Assembly (NCBI GenBank): GCA_003209955.1
Contig: QCOD01000008.1
Coordinates: 508-64,507 of the forward strand
Reading direction: 5' to 3'
From: OCS116 cluster bacterium AG-430-B22
Lineage (GTDB): Bacteria; Pseudomonadota; Alphaproteobacteria; MED-G09
DNA length: 64,000 nt
Position numbers and translations under genes: made by a program. This document shows positions 9,305-19,514 of this stretch, piece by piece. The notes beneath the pieces were generated by a model that saw only the letters and a list, made by a program, of their open reading frames with translations, did not search any database and was not told the DNA's origin. Each line of letters begins with the position of its first letter. Within the stretch, counting starts at the first letter, position 1.

Positions 9305-10615
9305 TTACTTCTCCAATACTCTTTTAAAGATATTATCAATATTTTTAATGTGGTATTCTAAATCAAAAATATCTTCTATCTCTTTCTTGGTTAAAGTGGA
9401 AGTAATGAATTCATCTTTTTTTACTAATTCTTCAAAAATTAACGGATCTTCACTCCCATAGCTTTCCCATGCCAGCATTGCATTTTTTTGTACAACATTA
9501 TATGAATCCTCTCTGCTAACTTCTTTTTGAGTTAAAACTAATAATAATCGTTGAGAAAAAACCAACCCACCAAATTGATTTAAATTTCTAAGCATTTGCT
9601 CGGGATATACAACAAGTTCATCAATAACATTGGTTAGTCTGTTAAGAGCAAAATCAAGAGTAACAGTAGCATCTGGCCCTATCATTCTTTCAACACTTGA
9701 ATGCGATATGTCTCTTTCATGCCATAAAGAAACATTTTCTAAAGATGGAATTACTGAACCCCTAACTATTCTAGCTAGACCAGTTAAATTTTCTGTGAGT
9801 ATAGGATTTCTTTTATGTGGCATGGAAGAAGATCCTTTCTGGTTTTCTGAAAAATATTCAGCTACCTCCATTACTTCTGAGCGCTGGAGATGCCTTATTT
9901 CAGTTGCCAATCTCTCAATTGAGCTAGCTATAATTGCTAATGCAGAAAAGTAAGCAGCATGCCTATCTCTTGGAATCACCTGAGTAGAAATAGGTTCAAT
10001 ATTTAAATCCAACTTTTTAGCAACATACTCTTCAACAAATGGATCAATGTTAGCAAAGGTTCCAACAGAACCTGAGATTGCGCATATATTGATTTCTTCA
10101 ATTGCATTTTCAAGCCTAACTTTATTTCGACAAAACTCCTCATAAGCTTGAAGCATCTTTAATCCAAAAGTTGTTGGTTCAGCATGAATACCATGGCTTC
10201 TACCTATGCAAATAGTATTTTTATTTTCTATTGCCTTTTTCTTTAAAGAAGCAATCAAATCATCTAAGCCAGTTAAAAGGATATTTCCTGCCTGTTTTAA
10301 TTGAATATTTAAACAAGTATCTATGACATCTGAAGATGTCATCCCTTGGTGAATAAATCTTGAATCTGGACCAACATTTTCAGATAAATTTGTTAAAAAT
10401 GCTAATACATCATGTTTAATCTCTTTTTCTATTTCATTTATCCTATCGATATCAAAGCTAGCTTTTTTTTCTACTTTTGCGGATGTTCCTTTAGGGACTA
10501 TATTTATTTGTTCCATTGCTTCCAAAGCAGCAATTTCAATCTTTACCCATATTTCAAATCTATTTTGTTCTTCCCAAATGTCAGTCATTTGTTTTCTAGA
10601 ATATCTAGGTATCAT
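9305..10615 (-). CDS. purB: Adenylosuccinate lyase
   Basis: It has the fumarate-lyase superfamily signature GSSSMPHKRNP and a full-length PurB-like sequence. Confidence 0.95.
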   Translation of the reverse strand: MIPRYSRKQMTDIWEEQNRFEIWVKIEIAALEAMEQINIVPKGTSAKVEKKASFDIDRINEIEKEIKHDVLAFLTNLSENVGPDSRFIHQGMTSSDVIDTCLNIQLKQAGNILLTGLDDLIASLKKKAIENKNTICIGRSHGIHAEPTTFGLKMLQAYEEFCRNKVRLENAIEEINICAISGSVGTFANIDPFVEEYVAKKLDLNIEPISTQVIPRDRHAAYFSALAIIASSIERLATEIRHLQRSEVMEVAEYFSENQKGSSSMPHKRNPILTENLTGLARIVRGSVIPSLENVSLWHERDISHSSVERMIGPDATVTLDFALNRLTNVIDELVVYPEQMLRNLNQFGGLVFSQRLLLVLTQKEVSREDSYNVVQKNAMLAWESYGSEDPLIFEELVKKDEFITSTLTKKEIEDIFDLEYHIKNIDNIFKRVLEK

Positions 10616-10638
10616 TTTTTATTACTTTCTATTAAGTT

Positions 10639-11460
10639 TCATGTCGCTATTGGATTACCTGTATTATTAAGCGATTTAGTAAAAATTTCTATTCCATCTT
10701 TAGTAACGCCAATAGAATGTTCAAATTGTGCTGATAGAGAACGATCTCTAGTGACAGCAGTCCATCCATCGGGCAGCATCTTTGTGCCTGGCTTACCTGC
10801 ATTAACCATTGGCTCGACGGTAAAAAACATACCTTCTCTTATTTCTACACCTGAACCCTTTACCCCATAATGAAGAATATTTGGTTCATCGTGAAAAATT
10901 CTTCCAATGCCGTGACCACAAAACTCTCTAACAACTGAGAAGTTTCTATCCTCTGCATAATTTTGTATAAAATTTCCTAGATCTCCTAATAATAATCCTG
11001 GCTTAATCATATCAAGAGATAACATTAGACTTTCATAAGTAGTATTTATTAGATTTTTGGATTTTACTGACGGTTCCCCTGCACTATACATCCTTGATGT
11101 ATCGCCATGCCACCCATCAAGAATAAGCGTAACATCAATATTCACAACATCTCCATCATTAAGGAATTTTTCTCCGGGTATGCCGTGGCAAACCACATGG
11201 TTAACGGATGTACAAATTGATTTCTTAAATCCCCTATAATTTAAGGGAGCAGGTATTGCATTATTATCAAGAATAAATTCTAAGGCAAATTTATCGAGAC
11301 TTTCAGTTGTTACACCGGGTTCTACTTTTTTTACAAATAAATCTAATAATTCAGCAGCAAGTTTTCCGACTTTTCTCATTCCTTGAAAATCTTCTTTATG
11401 ATGAATTTTTATTTGTCCAGTAGTTCTCCCAGAAGCATATTTTTCTTCAATATAATCCAT
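10639..11460 (-). CDS. map: Methionine aminopeptidase, type I
   Basis: VCHGIP, DVVNIDVT...GWHGD, FCGHGIG and FTVEP metal-ligand motifs are present. Confidence 0.95.
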   Translation of the reverse strand: MDYIEEKYASGRTTGQIKIHHKEDFQGMRKVGKLAAELLDLFVKKVEPGVTTESLDKFALEFILDNNAIPAPLNYRGFKKSICTSVNHVVCHGIPGEKFLNDGDVVNIDVTLILDGWHGDTSRMYSAGEPSVKSKNLINTTYESLMLSLDMIKPGLLLGDLGNFIQNYAEDRNFSVVREFCGHGIGRIFHDEPNILHYGVKGSGVEIREGMFFTVEPMVNAGKPGTKMLPDGWTAVTRDRSLSAQFEHSIGVTKDGIEIFTKSLNNTGNPIAT

Positions 11461-11540
11461 AAGAAAGTTATATATTAAAATTTAGCATACATCTAGTATC
11501 TGTATGTTGTCCGCTTTAAACGAAACTGTTAAAAGATGTT

Positions 11541-12293
11541 ATGAACAATTTAATTTATGAAAATGCTTCCGTTTTAATTATAGGGAATGAAATACTATCA
11601 GGTCGGACTATAGATAAAAATTTCAACTATATTGCAACAAAATTGGGTGAGCATGGAATCTCAATATCTGAAAGCAGAACTGTGTCAGATAATGAAGAAG
11701 AAATTATAAATGCTGTAAACAAACTAAGAAAAAGATTCAAATATGTGTTTACTACTGGTGGAATTGGGCCAACTCATGATGATTTAACGGCCGAAAGTAT
11801 TGCAAAAGCTTTTAATGTTAAATTAGAAGTAAATAATGAAGCTTATAAAATTTTAGAGGATTATTATGATAATCTAGGAACAGAATTTAATGATGTACGT
11901 CAAAGAATGGCTAGAATCCCAAAAGGAGCTAAATTAATAAAAAATCCAATTTCTGCTGCTCCTGGGTTTAATATTGAAAATGTTTATGTATTTGCAGGAA
12001 TACCAAAAGTTATGCAATCGATGCTGGATGAAACCCTTAAAGGAATAGAAAAAAAAGATAAAATTAATAAGTCATCATTAGAGGTTGATGCACCAGAAGG
12101 AGAAATAGCAAAAATCTTAGAAAAAACTATCAAGGATAACATAAATGTTAGTATAGGTAGTTATCCATTTTATAATACTAAAGATGATTATGGAGTAAAA
12201 ATAGAAATTTCATCATTAGATAATAATTCACTATTTAAAGCTATTGATGATTTGAAGGTACAATTATCTAAAGAATCTATTAAATATAAATGA
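11541..12293 (+). CDS. CinA-like molybdopterin-binding (MoCF_biosynth) domain protein
   Basis: IIGNEILSGRTIDKN...TTGGIGPTHDDLT is the CinA N-terminal/MoaB-like domain. There is no C-terminal deamidase domain. Confidence 0.75.
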   Translation: MNNLIYENASVLIIGNEILSGRTIDKNFNYIATKLGEHGISISESRTVSDNEEEIINAVNKLRKRFKYVFTTGGIGPTHDDLTAESIAKAFNVKLEVNNEAYKILEDYYDNLGTEFNDVRQRMARIPKGAKLIKNPISAAPGFNIENVYVFAGIPKVMQSMLDETLKGIEKKDKINKSSLEVDAPEGEIAKILEKTIKDNINVSIGSYPFYNTKDDYGVKIEISSLDNNSLFKAIDDLKVQLSKESIKYK

Positions 12294-12308
12294 ATAAATT
12301 TAAACACT

Positions 12309-13025
12309 ATGACAAAAAAAGAACTCATTTATGAAGGCAAGGCTAAGAGGTTATTCTTTTATGATGATGATAAAATAATTCAATACTTTAAGGATGACGC
12401 TACTGCATTTAATAAAAAGAAACATGAAATTATCAATGAAAAAGGAATTCTTAATAATCTTATAAGTGAGTTTATTTTCAAATATTTAAGTGAAAATGGA
12501 GTAGAAAATCATTTTATAGAGCGATTGAATGATAGAGAGCAGCTTGTAAAAAAAGTAGATATAATTCCTGTTGAAGTTATTATTCGAAATATCGCAACAG
12601 GAACACTCACTAAAAGACTAGGTATTCAAGAAGGATTAAAGTTAAAAAAACCTCTAATTGAGTTTACACTTAAGAGTGATGAGCTAGATGACCCTATTAT
12701 ATCTGAGGAACATGTTGATGTTTTGGAATACGCTGAAAAGGACGAAATCAAAGATATTAAAGAACAAGCCCTATTAATCAATAAGCTTCTTTTACAACTT
12801 TTTTCTTCTATAAATATTCAATTAGTTGATTTTAAGATTGAATTTGGTCGTCTTACTATTGATAAAAAAGTAATTTTGGCTGATGAGATCAGTCCTGATT
12901 CTTGTAGATTATGGGACAAATCCTCATCTGAAAAACTAGATAAAGATAGATTCAGAAAAAACCTTGGAGGATTAATTGATGCTTACAAAGAAGTAGCGAC
13001 TCGGTTAGGAATAAAAATTCAATAG
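12309..13025 (+). CDS. purC: Phosphoribosylaminoimidazole-succinocarboxamide (SAICAR) synthase
   Basis: YEGKAKRLF, IPVEVIIRN.ATG and DEISPDSCRLWD motifs are present. It heads a purC-S-Q-L run. Confidence 0.95.
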   Translation: MTKKELIYEGKAKRLFFYDDDKIIQYFKDDATAFNKKKHEIINEKGILNNLISEFIFKYLSENGVENHFIERLNDREQLVKKVDIIPVEVIIRNIATGTLTKRLGIQEGLKLKKPLIEFTLKSDELDDPIISEEHVDVLEYAEKDEIKDIKEQALLINKLLLQLFSSINIQLVDFKIEFGRLTIDKKVILADEISPDSCRLWDKSSSEKLDKDRFRKNLGGLIDAYKEVATRLGIKIQ

Positions 13026-13037
13026 TAAATTAACAAT

Positions 13038-13283
13038 ATGAAATTAAATGTAAAAATAATGCCTAAAAATGGAGTTCTTGATCCTCAAGGTAAAGCAATA
13101 GAAAATTCTTTGAGTCAACTTGGTTTCAAAAATGTCTCAGAAATTCGACAAGGAAAAATTATCGAGATTGATATTGATGCAGATAAAGATCAAGCAATTA
13201 ATATTGCTGATGAAATGTGTAAAAAATTATTAGTTAATCTAATAATTGAAGATTACGAAATTATTTTTGATAGAGAAAAATAA
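13038..13283 (+). CDS. purS: FGAM synthase subunit PurS
   Basis: This 81-aa protein has VLDPQGKAIE..L..LGF, in the conserved position between purC and purQ. Confidence 0.9.
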   Translation: MKLNVKIMPKNGVLDPQGKAIENSLSQLGFKNVSEIRQGKIIEIDIDADKDQAINIADEMCKKLLVNLIIEDYEIIFDREK

Positions 13284-13973
13284 ATGAAGGCATCTATAAT
13301 TGTCTTTCCTGGATCAAATTGCGATAGAGATATTGCTGTATCTATTAAAAAACTTACAGATCTAGAACCTATAATGGTCTGGCATAAAGAAACCTCCATA
13401 CCTAATTCAGATTTAATAGTTATTCCAGGTGGTTTTACATTTGGAGATTATTTAAGATGTGGTTCTATCGCAGCAAATAGTCCAATCATGAATGATGTCA
13501 TTAAAAAAGCAACAAACGGATTACCCACTTTAGGAATATGTAATGGTTTTCAAATCCTTACAGAATCAGGACTGCTACCTGGAACACTCATTAAAAATGA
13601 TTGTCTTTCCTTTTTATGTAAGACTGTTTCAATAAGGGTTGAGAATAATGAAACAAATTTTTCTAAAAAATATAAGAAAAATGAAATAATCAATATACCT
13701 ATTGCTCATAATGAAGGTAATTTTTTTGCTAATGAAGATACATTAAAAAAAATTAAAGACTCAAATCAAATAATTTTTAAATATTGCAATCAAAATGGAG
13801 AGGTAAATAATGAAACAAATCCAAATGGTTCAATCGAAAATATTGCTGGTATAACAAATGAGCAAGGTAATGTATTAGGTATGATGCCTCATCCTGAAAG
13901 AGCAACATGTGAGATTACAAAACTTTCAGATGGGGAAAACCTTTTTAAATCTATATCGGAGTTTTTATTGTGA
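13284..13973 (+). CDS. purQ: FGAM synthase glutamine amidotransferase subunit PurQ
   Basis: It has the class I amidotransferase motif GICNGFQIL (nucleophilic Cys), and MMPHPER near the C-terminus. Confidence 0.93.
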   Translation: MKASIIVFPGSNCDRDIAVSIKKLTDLEPIMVWHKETSIPNSDLIVIPGGFTFGDYLRCGSIAANSPIMNDVIKKATNGLPTLGICNGFQILTESGLLPGTLIKNDCLSFLCKTVSIRVENNETNFSKKYKKNEIINIPIAHNEGNFFANEDTLKKIKDSNQIIFKYCNQNGEVNNETNPNGSIENIAGITNEQGNVLGMMPHPERATCEITKLSDGENLFKSISEFLL

Positions 13974-16159
13974 TTAAAATTACGAATGAAATTGTCGAAG
14001 AACACGGCATTAATTCAGAAGAGTATGATTTTATTTTAAAATCATTGAGAAGAGAACCTACAATTACAGAACTCGGTATTTTTTCTGCAATGTGGTCTGA
14101 GCATTGCTCCTATAAATCATCAAAATACTGGTTAAGCCAACTACCTACAAAAAACGAATTTGTTATCCAAGGTCCAGGTGAGAACGCTGGAGTAATTGAT
14201 ATTGGCGATGGTTATGCGGCCGTTTTTAAAATGGAAAGCCATAATCACCCTTCTTTTATTGAACCTTACCAAGGTGCAGCAACTGGTGTAGGCGGAATAC
14301 TTAGAGATGTGTTTACGATGGGAGCTAGGCCAGTTGCGCTTTTAAACGCAATTAGATTTGGTGAAACCTCTCATAAAAAAACTAAACATTTACTAACAGG
14401 TGTTGTTTCGGGCATTGGTGGATATGGGAATTGTATGGGAATTCCAACAGTTGGTGGGGAAGTTGAATTTAATTCATCGTATAATGACAATATACTTGTT
14501 AACGCTATGTGCGTTGGAATAGCTAAAAAAAATAAAATCTTCTATTCAAAGGCATCAGGAGTTGGTAATTCAGTTGTTTATGTTGGATCAAAAACAGGTA
14601 GAGACGGAATTCATGGAGCAACAATGGCTTCAGCAGAATTTGATGAAAACTCTGAAGAAAAGAGACCAACAGTTCAGGTGGGCGATCCTTTTTCAGAAAA
14701 ACTTCTTTTAGAAGCATGTATGGAGCTTATGAAAATGGATGTAATTGTTGCTATTCAAGATATGGGTGCAGCGGGATTAACATCATCTGCTGTTGAAATG
14801 GCTGGCAAAGGTAATTTAGGCATAGAGCTTGATTTAGATAAGGTTCCTTGTAGAGAAGAAAAAATGTCAGCTTATGAAATAATGCTATCAGAAAGTCAGG
14901 AAAGAATGCTTATGATTTTAGAGCCTGACAAAGAAAATATTGCCAAAGAAATTTTTGAAAAATGGGAGTTAGACTTTTCTGTAATTGGAAAATTAACAGA
15001 TACGAATAGACTGATTATCAATCATCAAAAAGAAAAAAAAGCTGATATAATATTGGATATTTTAGAAAAAGGTGCACCTTCTTACAAAAGGCCATACGAG
15101 ATAAATATCTTTGATGATGAAGATATAAAAGAAGATATACTTATAAATGAGAGCCCCATTTCAATATTAAAAAAAATGATTTCTTCACCAAATTTATGTA
15201 GTCGAAAATGGGTTTGGGAACAATATGATCATATGGTTATGACAGATACTGTACTTTTACCGGGAGGTGATTCAGCTATCATCAGAGTTCATGGAACCAA
15301 TAAAGGCTTATCTGTAACATCAGACTCAACTCCAAGATATTGCGCATCGGATCCATATGAGGGAGGTAAACAAGCTGTAGCTGAAGCTTGGAGGAATTTA
15401 ATTTCTGTAGGCTCACTTCCAATTGCAATAACTGATTGTATGAATTTTGGTAATCCTGAAAAAAAAGAGATTATGGGTCAATTTGCAGGAGTTATCAAAG
15501 GCATGATTGAGGCCTGTAACACTTTAAATTTCCCAGTAGTATCGGGTAATGTGTCTCTTTATAATGAAACTAATGGAAAAGGAATTAATCCCACTCCAGT
15601 GATTGGCGGAGTTGGAGTTGTTGAAAATTTAGATATTTTCTCTGATCAAAATCTTAAAAGAAAAGATGATTTCATTATAATTATAGGAAAAACAACTGGT
15701 CATTTAACTCAATCGATATATGCAAATGAGCTACTTAATTATAAAAAAGGTTTGCCACCAAAGGTAAATCTTGAAGAAGAGCTAAAAAATGGTTTAGCTT
15801 TAAGGGAATTAATAAACAAAAGACTTATTGACACATCTCATGATATTTCTGATGGAGGTTTATTAATTGCGCTTACTGAAATGAGTATGAAGAATCTCAT
15901 AGGTTTTAATATTAACATTGAAAAAGACAATCTTAATTCTTACTTGTTTGGGGAAGATCAAGCAAGATATGTAGTTGCCGTTGAAAAAAATAAAGTTGAA
16001 GATGTTCGATTACTTTTAAGCGAAAAAAATGTTTTTTTTGAAGAAATTGGTCAAACGTGCAAGGATAAAATTATAATAAACAATAAACAAATTAGCATTC
16101 TTGAATTAAAGGAAATATATGAAAATTGGTTTAATAATTACTTATCAAAAGCATCATAA
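13970..16159 (+). CDS. purL: FGAM synthase subunit PurL
   Basis: [21 protein letters not shown] and [10 protein letters not shown] are present. The GTG start overlaps the purQ stop (TTGTGA). Confidence 0.95.
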   Translation: MIKITNEIVEEHGINSEEYDFILKSLRREPTITELGIFSAMWSEHCSYKSSKYWLSQLPTKNEFVIQGPGENAGVIDIGDGYAAVFKMESHNHPSFIEPYQGAATGVGGILRDVFTMGARPVALLNAIRFGETSHKKTKHLLTGVVSGIGGYGNCMGIPTVGGEVEFNSSYNDNILVNAMCVGIAKKNKIFYSKASGVGNSVVYVGSKTGRDGIHGATMASAEFDENSEEKRPTVQVGDPFSEKLLLEACMELMKMDVIVAIQDMGAAGLTSSAVEMAGKGNLGIELDLDKVPCREEKMSAYEIMLSESQERMLMILEPDKENIAKEIFEKWELDFSVIGKLTDTNRLIINHQKEKKADIILDILEKGAPSYKRPYEINIFDDEDIKEDILINESPISILKKMISSPNLCSRKWVWEQYDHMVMTDTVLLPGGDSAIIRVHGTNKGLSVTSDSTPRYCASDPYEGGKQAVAEAWRNLISVGSLPIAITDCMNFGNPEKKEIMGQFAGVIKGMIEACNTLNFPVVSGNVSLYNETNGKGINPTPVIGGVGVVENLDIFSDQNLKRKDDFIIIIGKTTGHLTQSIYANELLNYKKGLPPKVNLEEELKNGLALRELINKRLIDTSHDISDGGLLIALTEMSMKNLIGFNINIEKDNLNSYLFGEDQARYVVAVEKNKVEDVRLLLSEKNVFFEEIGQTCKDKIIINNKQISILELKEIYENWFNNYLSKAS

Positions 16160-16389
16160 TGGCAATTAAAAAAGAAAAATTAGAAGAAATTATAAAAAAA
16201 TCCTTTCCTGAAGCTTCAATTAATATTGTTGATTTAGCAGGAGATGATGATCATTTTTCATTAGAGATTAAATCAAGTAAATTTAGAGGTTTATCTAGGA
16301 TTAAACAACATAAAATGGTATATGATGCTCTAGATGGAAAAATGGGTGGCGAACTCCATGCTCTATCAATTAAAACAATGAATGAATAA
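16159..16389 (+). CDS. BolA-family protein
   Basis: This 76-aa protein has DDDHFSLEIKS..F.G.S.I.QH..VY and is adjacent to monothiol glutaredoxin, the classic BolA-Grx pairing. The start forms a TAATG overlap with the purL stop. Confidence 0.85.
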   Translation: MAIKKEKLEEIIKKSFPEASINIVDLAGDDDHFSLEIKSSKFRGLSRIKQHKMVYDALDGKMGGELHALSIKTMNE

Positions 16390-16394
16390 TAGAT

Positions 16395-16718
16395 ATGGAT
16401 AATAAAGTAAAAGAAACAATAGAAGATAAAATTAATAATGATGATCTTCATCTATTTATGAAAGGCACTCCTCTATTTCCTCAATGTGGATTCTCAAGTA
16501 CTGTTGTTCAAATCTTGACATATCTTGAAGCACCATTTTCTTCTACTAATGTTCTCGAGGATGAAGACATTAGAGAAGGTATAAAAGAATTCTCAGATTG
16601 GCCTACTATACCTCAATTATATTATAAAGGTGAGCTTATTGGTGGCTGTGATATTATAAAAGAAATGTTCGAAGCTGGTGAGCTTCAAGAAGAGCTTAAA
16701 GATATAATTAATAATTAG
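16395..16718 (+). CDS. grxD: Monothiol glutaredoxin (Grx4 family)
   Basis: It has the CGFS active site (PQCGFS), WPTIPQLY and GGCDI. Confidence 0.92.
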   Translation: MDNKVKETIEDKINNDDLHLFMKGTPLFPQCGFSSTVVQILTYLEAPFSSTNVLEDEDIREGIKEFSDWPTIPQLYYKGELIGGCDIIKEMFEAGELQEELKDIINN

Positions 16719-17335
16719 TTTCTTGAATAAAACTCAACGACTAAATTTGGTTCCATTTGCACAGGGTATGGTACTTCTTCAAACTTAGGAACTCTGGTTA
16801 ACTTTGCAGTTAATTTTTTTTGATCACACTCAATATAATCTGGTACATCTCTCTCTGAAGATTCTTGACCATTTAAAACCAAATCAAGACTTTTTGATTT
16901 ATCCTTAATTTCAACCAAATCACCAGTTTTTAATCTATAGGATGGAATATTTACTCTTTTACCATTAACTCTAATGTGACCATGGTTAATAAATTGTCTT
17001 GCAGAAAAAACAGTAGGAACAAATTTAGCCCTATATATAAATGCATCTAATCTGCTCTCTAAAAGACCAATAATATTTTCAGATGTATCACCTTTTATTC
17101 TAACAGCTTCTTTAAAGATATTCTTAAATTGCCTCTCATTAATATTGGCGTAATATCCTTTTAATTTTTGTTTAGCTCTAATTTGTAGACCAAAATCAGA
17201 CAATTTAGATTTTCTTAGTTGACCATGTTGACCAGGGCCATAAGAACGAATATTTACGGGACTTTTTGGTCTTCCCCAAATATTTTCGCCCATTCTACGA
17301 TCAATTTTATATTTTGCCCTTAATCTTTTTGTCAT
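16715..17335 (-). CDS. rpsD: 30S ribosomal protein S4
   Basis: [26 protein letters not shown]... plus an S4 RNA-binding domain (RLD.FIYRAKF..T...ARQ.I.HGHI.VNG). Confidence 0.97.
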   Translation of the reverse strand: MTKRLRAKYKIDRRMGENIWGRPKSPVNIRSYGPGQHGQLRKSKLSDFGLQIRAKQKLKGYYANINERQFKNIFKEAVRIKGDTSENIIGLLESRLDAFIYRAKFVPTVFSARQFINHGHIRVNGKRVNIPSYRLKTGDLVEIKDKSKSLDLVLNGQESSERDVPDYIECDQKKLTAKLTRVPKFEEVPYPVQMEPNLVVEFYSRN

Positions 17336-17391
17336 TAATATTTACCTTGTTTACAAGCTTCAGAGCTTAGTACATTTCTTAATCAAATAAG

Positions 17392-18207
17392 TCAATTTCT
17401 TTGTTGTTTGTTTTTATTGTTTCCATCAGCTATTTTATTAGTTTCTTTTATAATATTTCTATCTTTATGACCTGTTGGCCATCTTAAAAGAGATGTTATA
17501 ATTCCTCTTAATGTTTTAACATCTTGTTTATTAAGCTTAGATCTTGTAAAAATATTTCTTATATTTACCATCATAGTTTCTTTTTTTTCTTTGGGCCTTA
17601 AGAATCCGGACACATCAAGTGCGCGCTCTAAATGATTTAAAAATCCTATAATTTCAATCTTTTCTGCTACAACTGAGTTACTTTTAAAATAATTCCTTTC
17701 ATCATATTTATTATCAATTCTATTTATTTCTGAAGCTATAATTGCTACGGCTTGCGCTAAATTTAATGATGAAAATTTAGGATTCGTTGGTATTTGTAAG
17801 ATCATATCAGCAAAAGAGACCTGTTCATTTGTTAAGCCTGATTTTTCTCTTCCAAACATAATACCAATATTAGATTTTCTATTTAAACTATTGAATATAT
17901 TATTTAATTCTTCTGGACCACAATATGGTTTAACCATATCTCTTTTTCTAACAGTACAAGCTAATACATAAGAAGTAGTTGAGATAGCATCTTCAATATT
18001 AGTATATATTTTTGCATTTTCTAATACGCCGTTTGCTCCAGCGGATGCTCTAATAGCTTTTAATGATAAGTGATTTTGCTTTGGAGCAACAATATATAAA
18101 GATTCTAATCCAAAATTAAGCATTGCGCGTGCTGCTGTTCCTATATTTTCTGAAAGTTGAGGCTCTACTAAAATAATTTTTATATTATTTTTATCAATTT
18201 TTTGCAT
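17392..18207 (-). CDS. SpoU/TrmH-family RNA 2'-O-methyltransferase (TrmJ-like)
   Basis: IILVEPQLSENIGTAARAM.NFG, FGREKSGL and LNLAQAV are SPOUT-class motifs. There is a basic C-terminal tail. Confidence 0.75.
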   Translation of the reverse strand: MQKIDKNNIKIILVEPQLSENIGTAARAMLNFGLESLYIVAPKQNHLSLKAIRASAGANGVLENAKIYTNIEDAISTTSYVLACTVRKRDMVKPYCGPEELNNIFNSLNRKSNIGIMFGREKSGLTNEQVSFADMILQIPTNPKFSSLNLAQAVAIIASEINRIDNKYDERNYFKSNSVVAEKIEIIGFLNHLERALDVSGFLRPKEKKETMMVNIRNIFTRSKLNKQDVKTLRGIITSLLRWPTGHKDRNIIKETNKIADGNNKNKQQRN

Positions 18208-18299
18208 TTATTCATTTATCCTTATATATACCTAACATATTGTTGAAATATATGCGCTATATGATATTCAATACATGAGGGAATAAAATTGGTATTTTA

Positions 18300-19514
18300 A
18301 TGACTAAAATCAAAGTAAAAAATCCGGTTGTTGAATTAGACGGCGATGAGATGACAAGAATTATTTGGGATCTTATTAAAAAGAAACTTATTCTTCCGTA
18401 TTTAGATATTGATCTACATTATTATGACTTAGGTGTTGAATACAGAGATCAAACAAATGATCAAGTTACTATAGATGCTGCAGAAGCTATACAAAAACAT
18501 GGTGTAGGAGTAAAATGCGCCACTATAACTCCTGATGAAGACAGAGTAGAAGAATTCAATCTTAAAGAAATGTGGAAATCTCCTAACGGAACTATAAGAA
18601 ATATTCTTGGTGGTACAGTTTTTAGAGAGCCAATTATATGCTCTAATATTCCAAGACTTGTTCCAGGTTGGACGCAACCAATTGTAATTGGAAGGCATGC
18701 TTTTGGTGATCAATATAGAGCTACAGATTTTGTAGTCCCTGGCAGAGGAAAACTATCAATGAAATGGGTCTCAGAAGATGGTTCCCAAGAAATTGAAGAG
18801 GATATATATGACTTTGAAGATAGTGGTATTGCTATGGGAATGTATAATCATGATAAATCTATTAAGGATTTTGCAAGAGCCTGTTTTAATTACGGAATAA
18901 ATCGAAAATGGCCAGTTTATCTATCTACAAAGAATACAATTTTAAAGAAATATGATGGTAGATTTAAAGATCTCTTTCAGGAAGTATATGAAAAAGAATA
19001 TAAACAAAAAATGGACGAATTAAATATTGAATATGAACATAGACTTATTGATGACATGGTTGCATGTGCTCTAAAATGGTCTGGAGCATTTATTTGGGCT
19101 TGTAAGAATTATGATGGTGATGTTCAATCTGATACTGTTGCGCAAGGTTTTGGTTCGCTAGGTCTTATGTCAAGCGCTCTTATGACCCCAGATGGTAAAA
19201 CTGTAGAAGCCGAAGCTGCTCATGGAACAGTTACTCGACATTATCGTTTACATCAAAAAGGTGAAGAAACCTCTACAAATTCAATTGCATCAATTTTTGC
19301 TTGGACAAGGGGTTTAGCTCATAGAGCGAAATTAGATGACAACGAAGAATTACAATCATTTTCTAATCTTCTTGAAAAAGTCTGTATTAAAACAGTAGAA
19401 AAAGGATTTATGACCAAAGATCTGGCTTTGCTTGTTGGCTCTAATCAGTCATGGTTAAATACTCATGATTTTATTGATAAAATTGACTCCAACCTTCAAT
19501 CTGAAATGTCTTAA
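18300..19514 (+). CDS. icd: NADP-dependent isocitrate dehydrogenase (homodimeric ~404-aa type)
   Basis: [23 protein letters not shown] and NYDGDVQSD match the IDH1/2-like subfamily common in alphaproteobacteria. Confidence 0.95.
   Translation: MTKIKVKNPVVELDGDEMTRIIWDLIKKKLILPYLDIDLHYYDLGVEYRDQTNDQVTIDAAEAIQKHGVGVKCATITPDEDRVEEFNLKEMWKSPNGTIRNILGGTVFREPIICSNIPRLVPGWTQPIVIGRHAFGDQYRATDFVVPGRGKLSMKWVSEDGSQEIEEDIYDFEDSGIAMGMYNHDKSIKDFARACFNYGINRKWPVYLSTKNTILKKYDGRFKDLFQEVYEKEYKQKMDELNIEYEHRLIDDMVACALKWSGAFIWACKNYDGDVQSDTVAQGFGSLGLMSSALMTPDGKTVEAEAAHGTVTRHYRLHQKGEETSTNSIASIFAWTRGLAHRAKLDDNEELQSFSNLLEKVCIKTVEKGFMTKDLALLVGSNQSWLNTHDFIDKIDSNLQSEMS

Noticed and set aside
18300-19514. The isocitrate dehydrogenase is of the eukaryote-like IDH1/2 type, which could hint at horizontal transfer.
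   Set aside because: This subfamily is the normal ICDH of many alphaproteobacteria, and its composition matches the surrounding genes.
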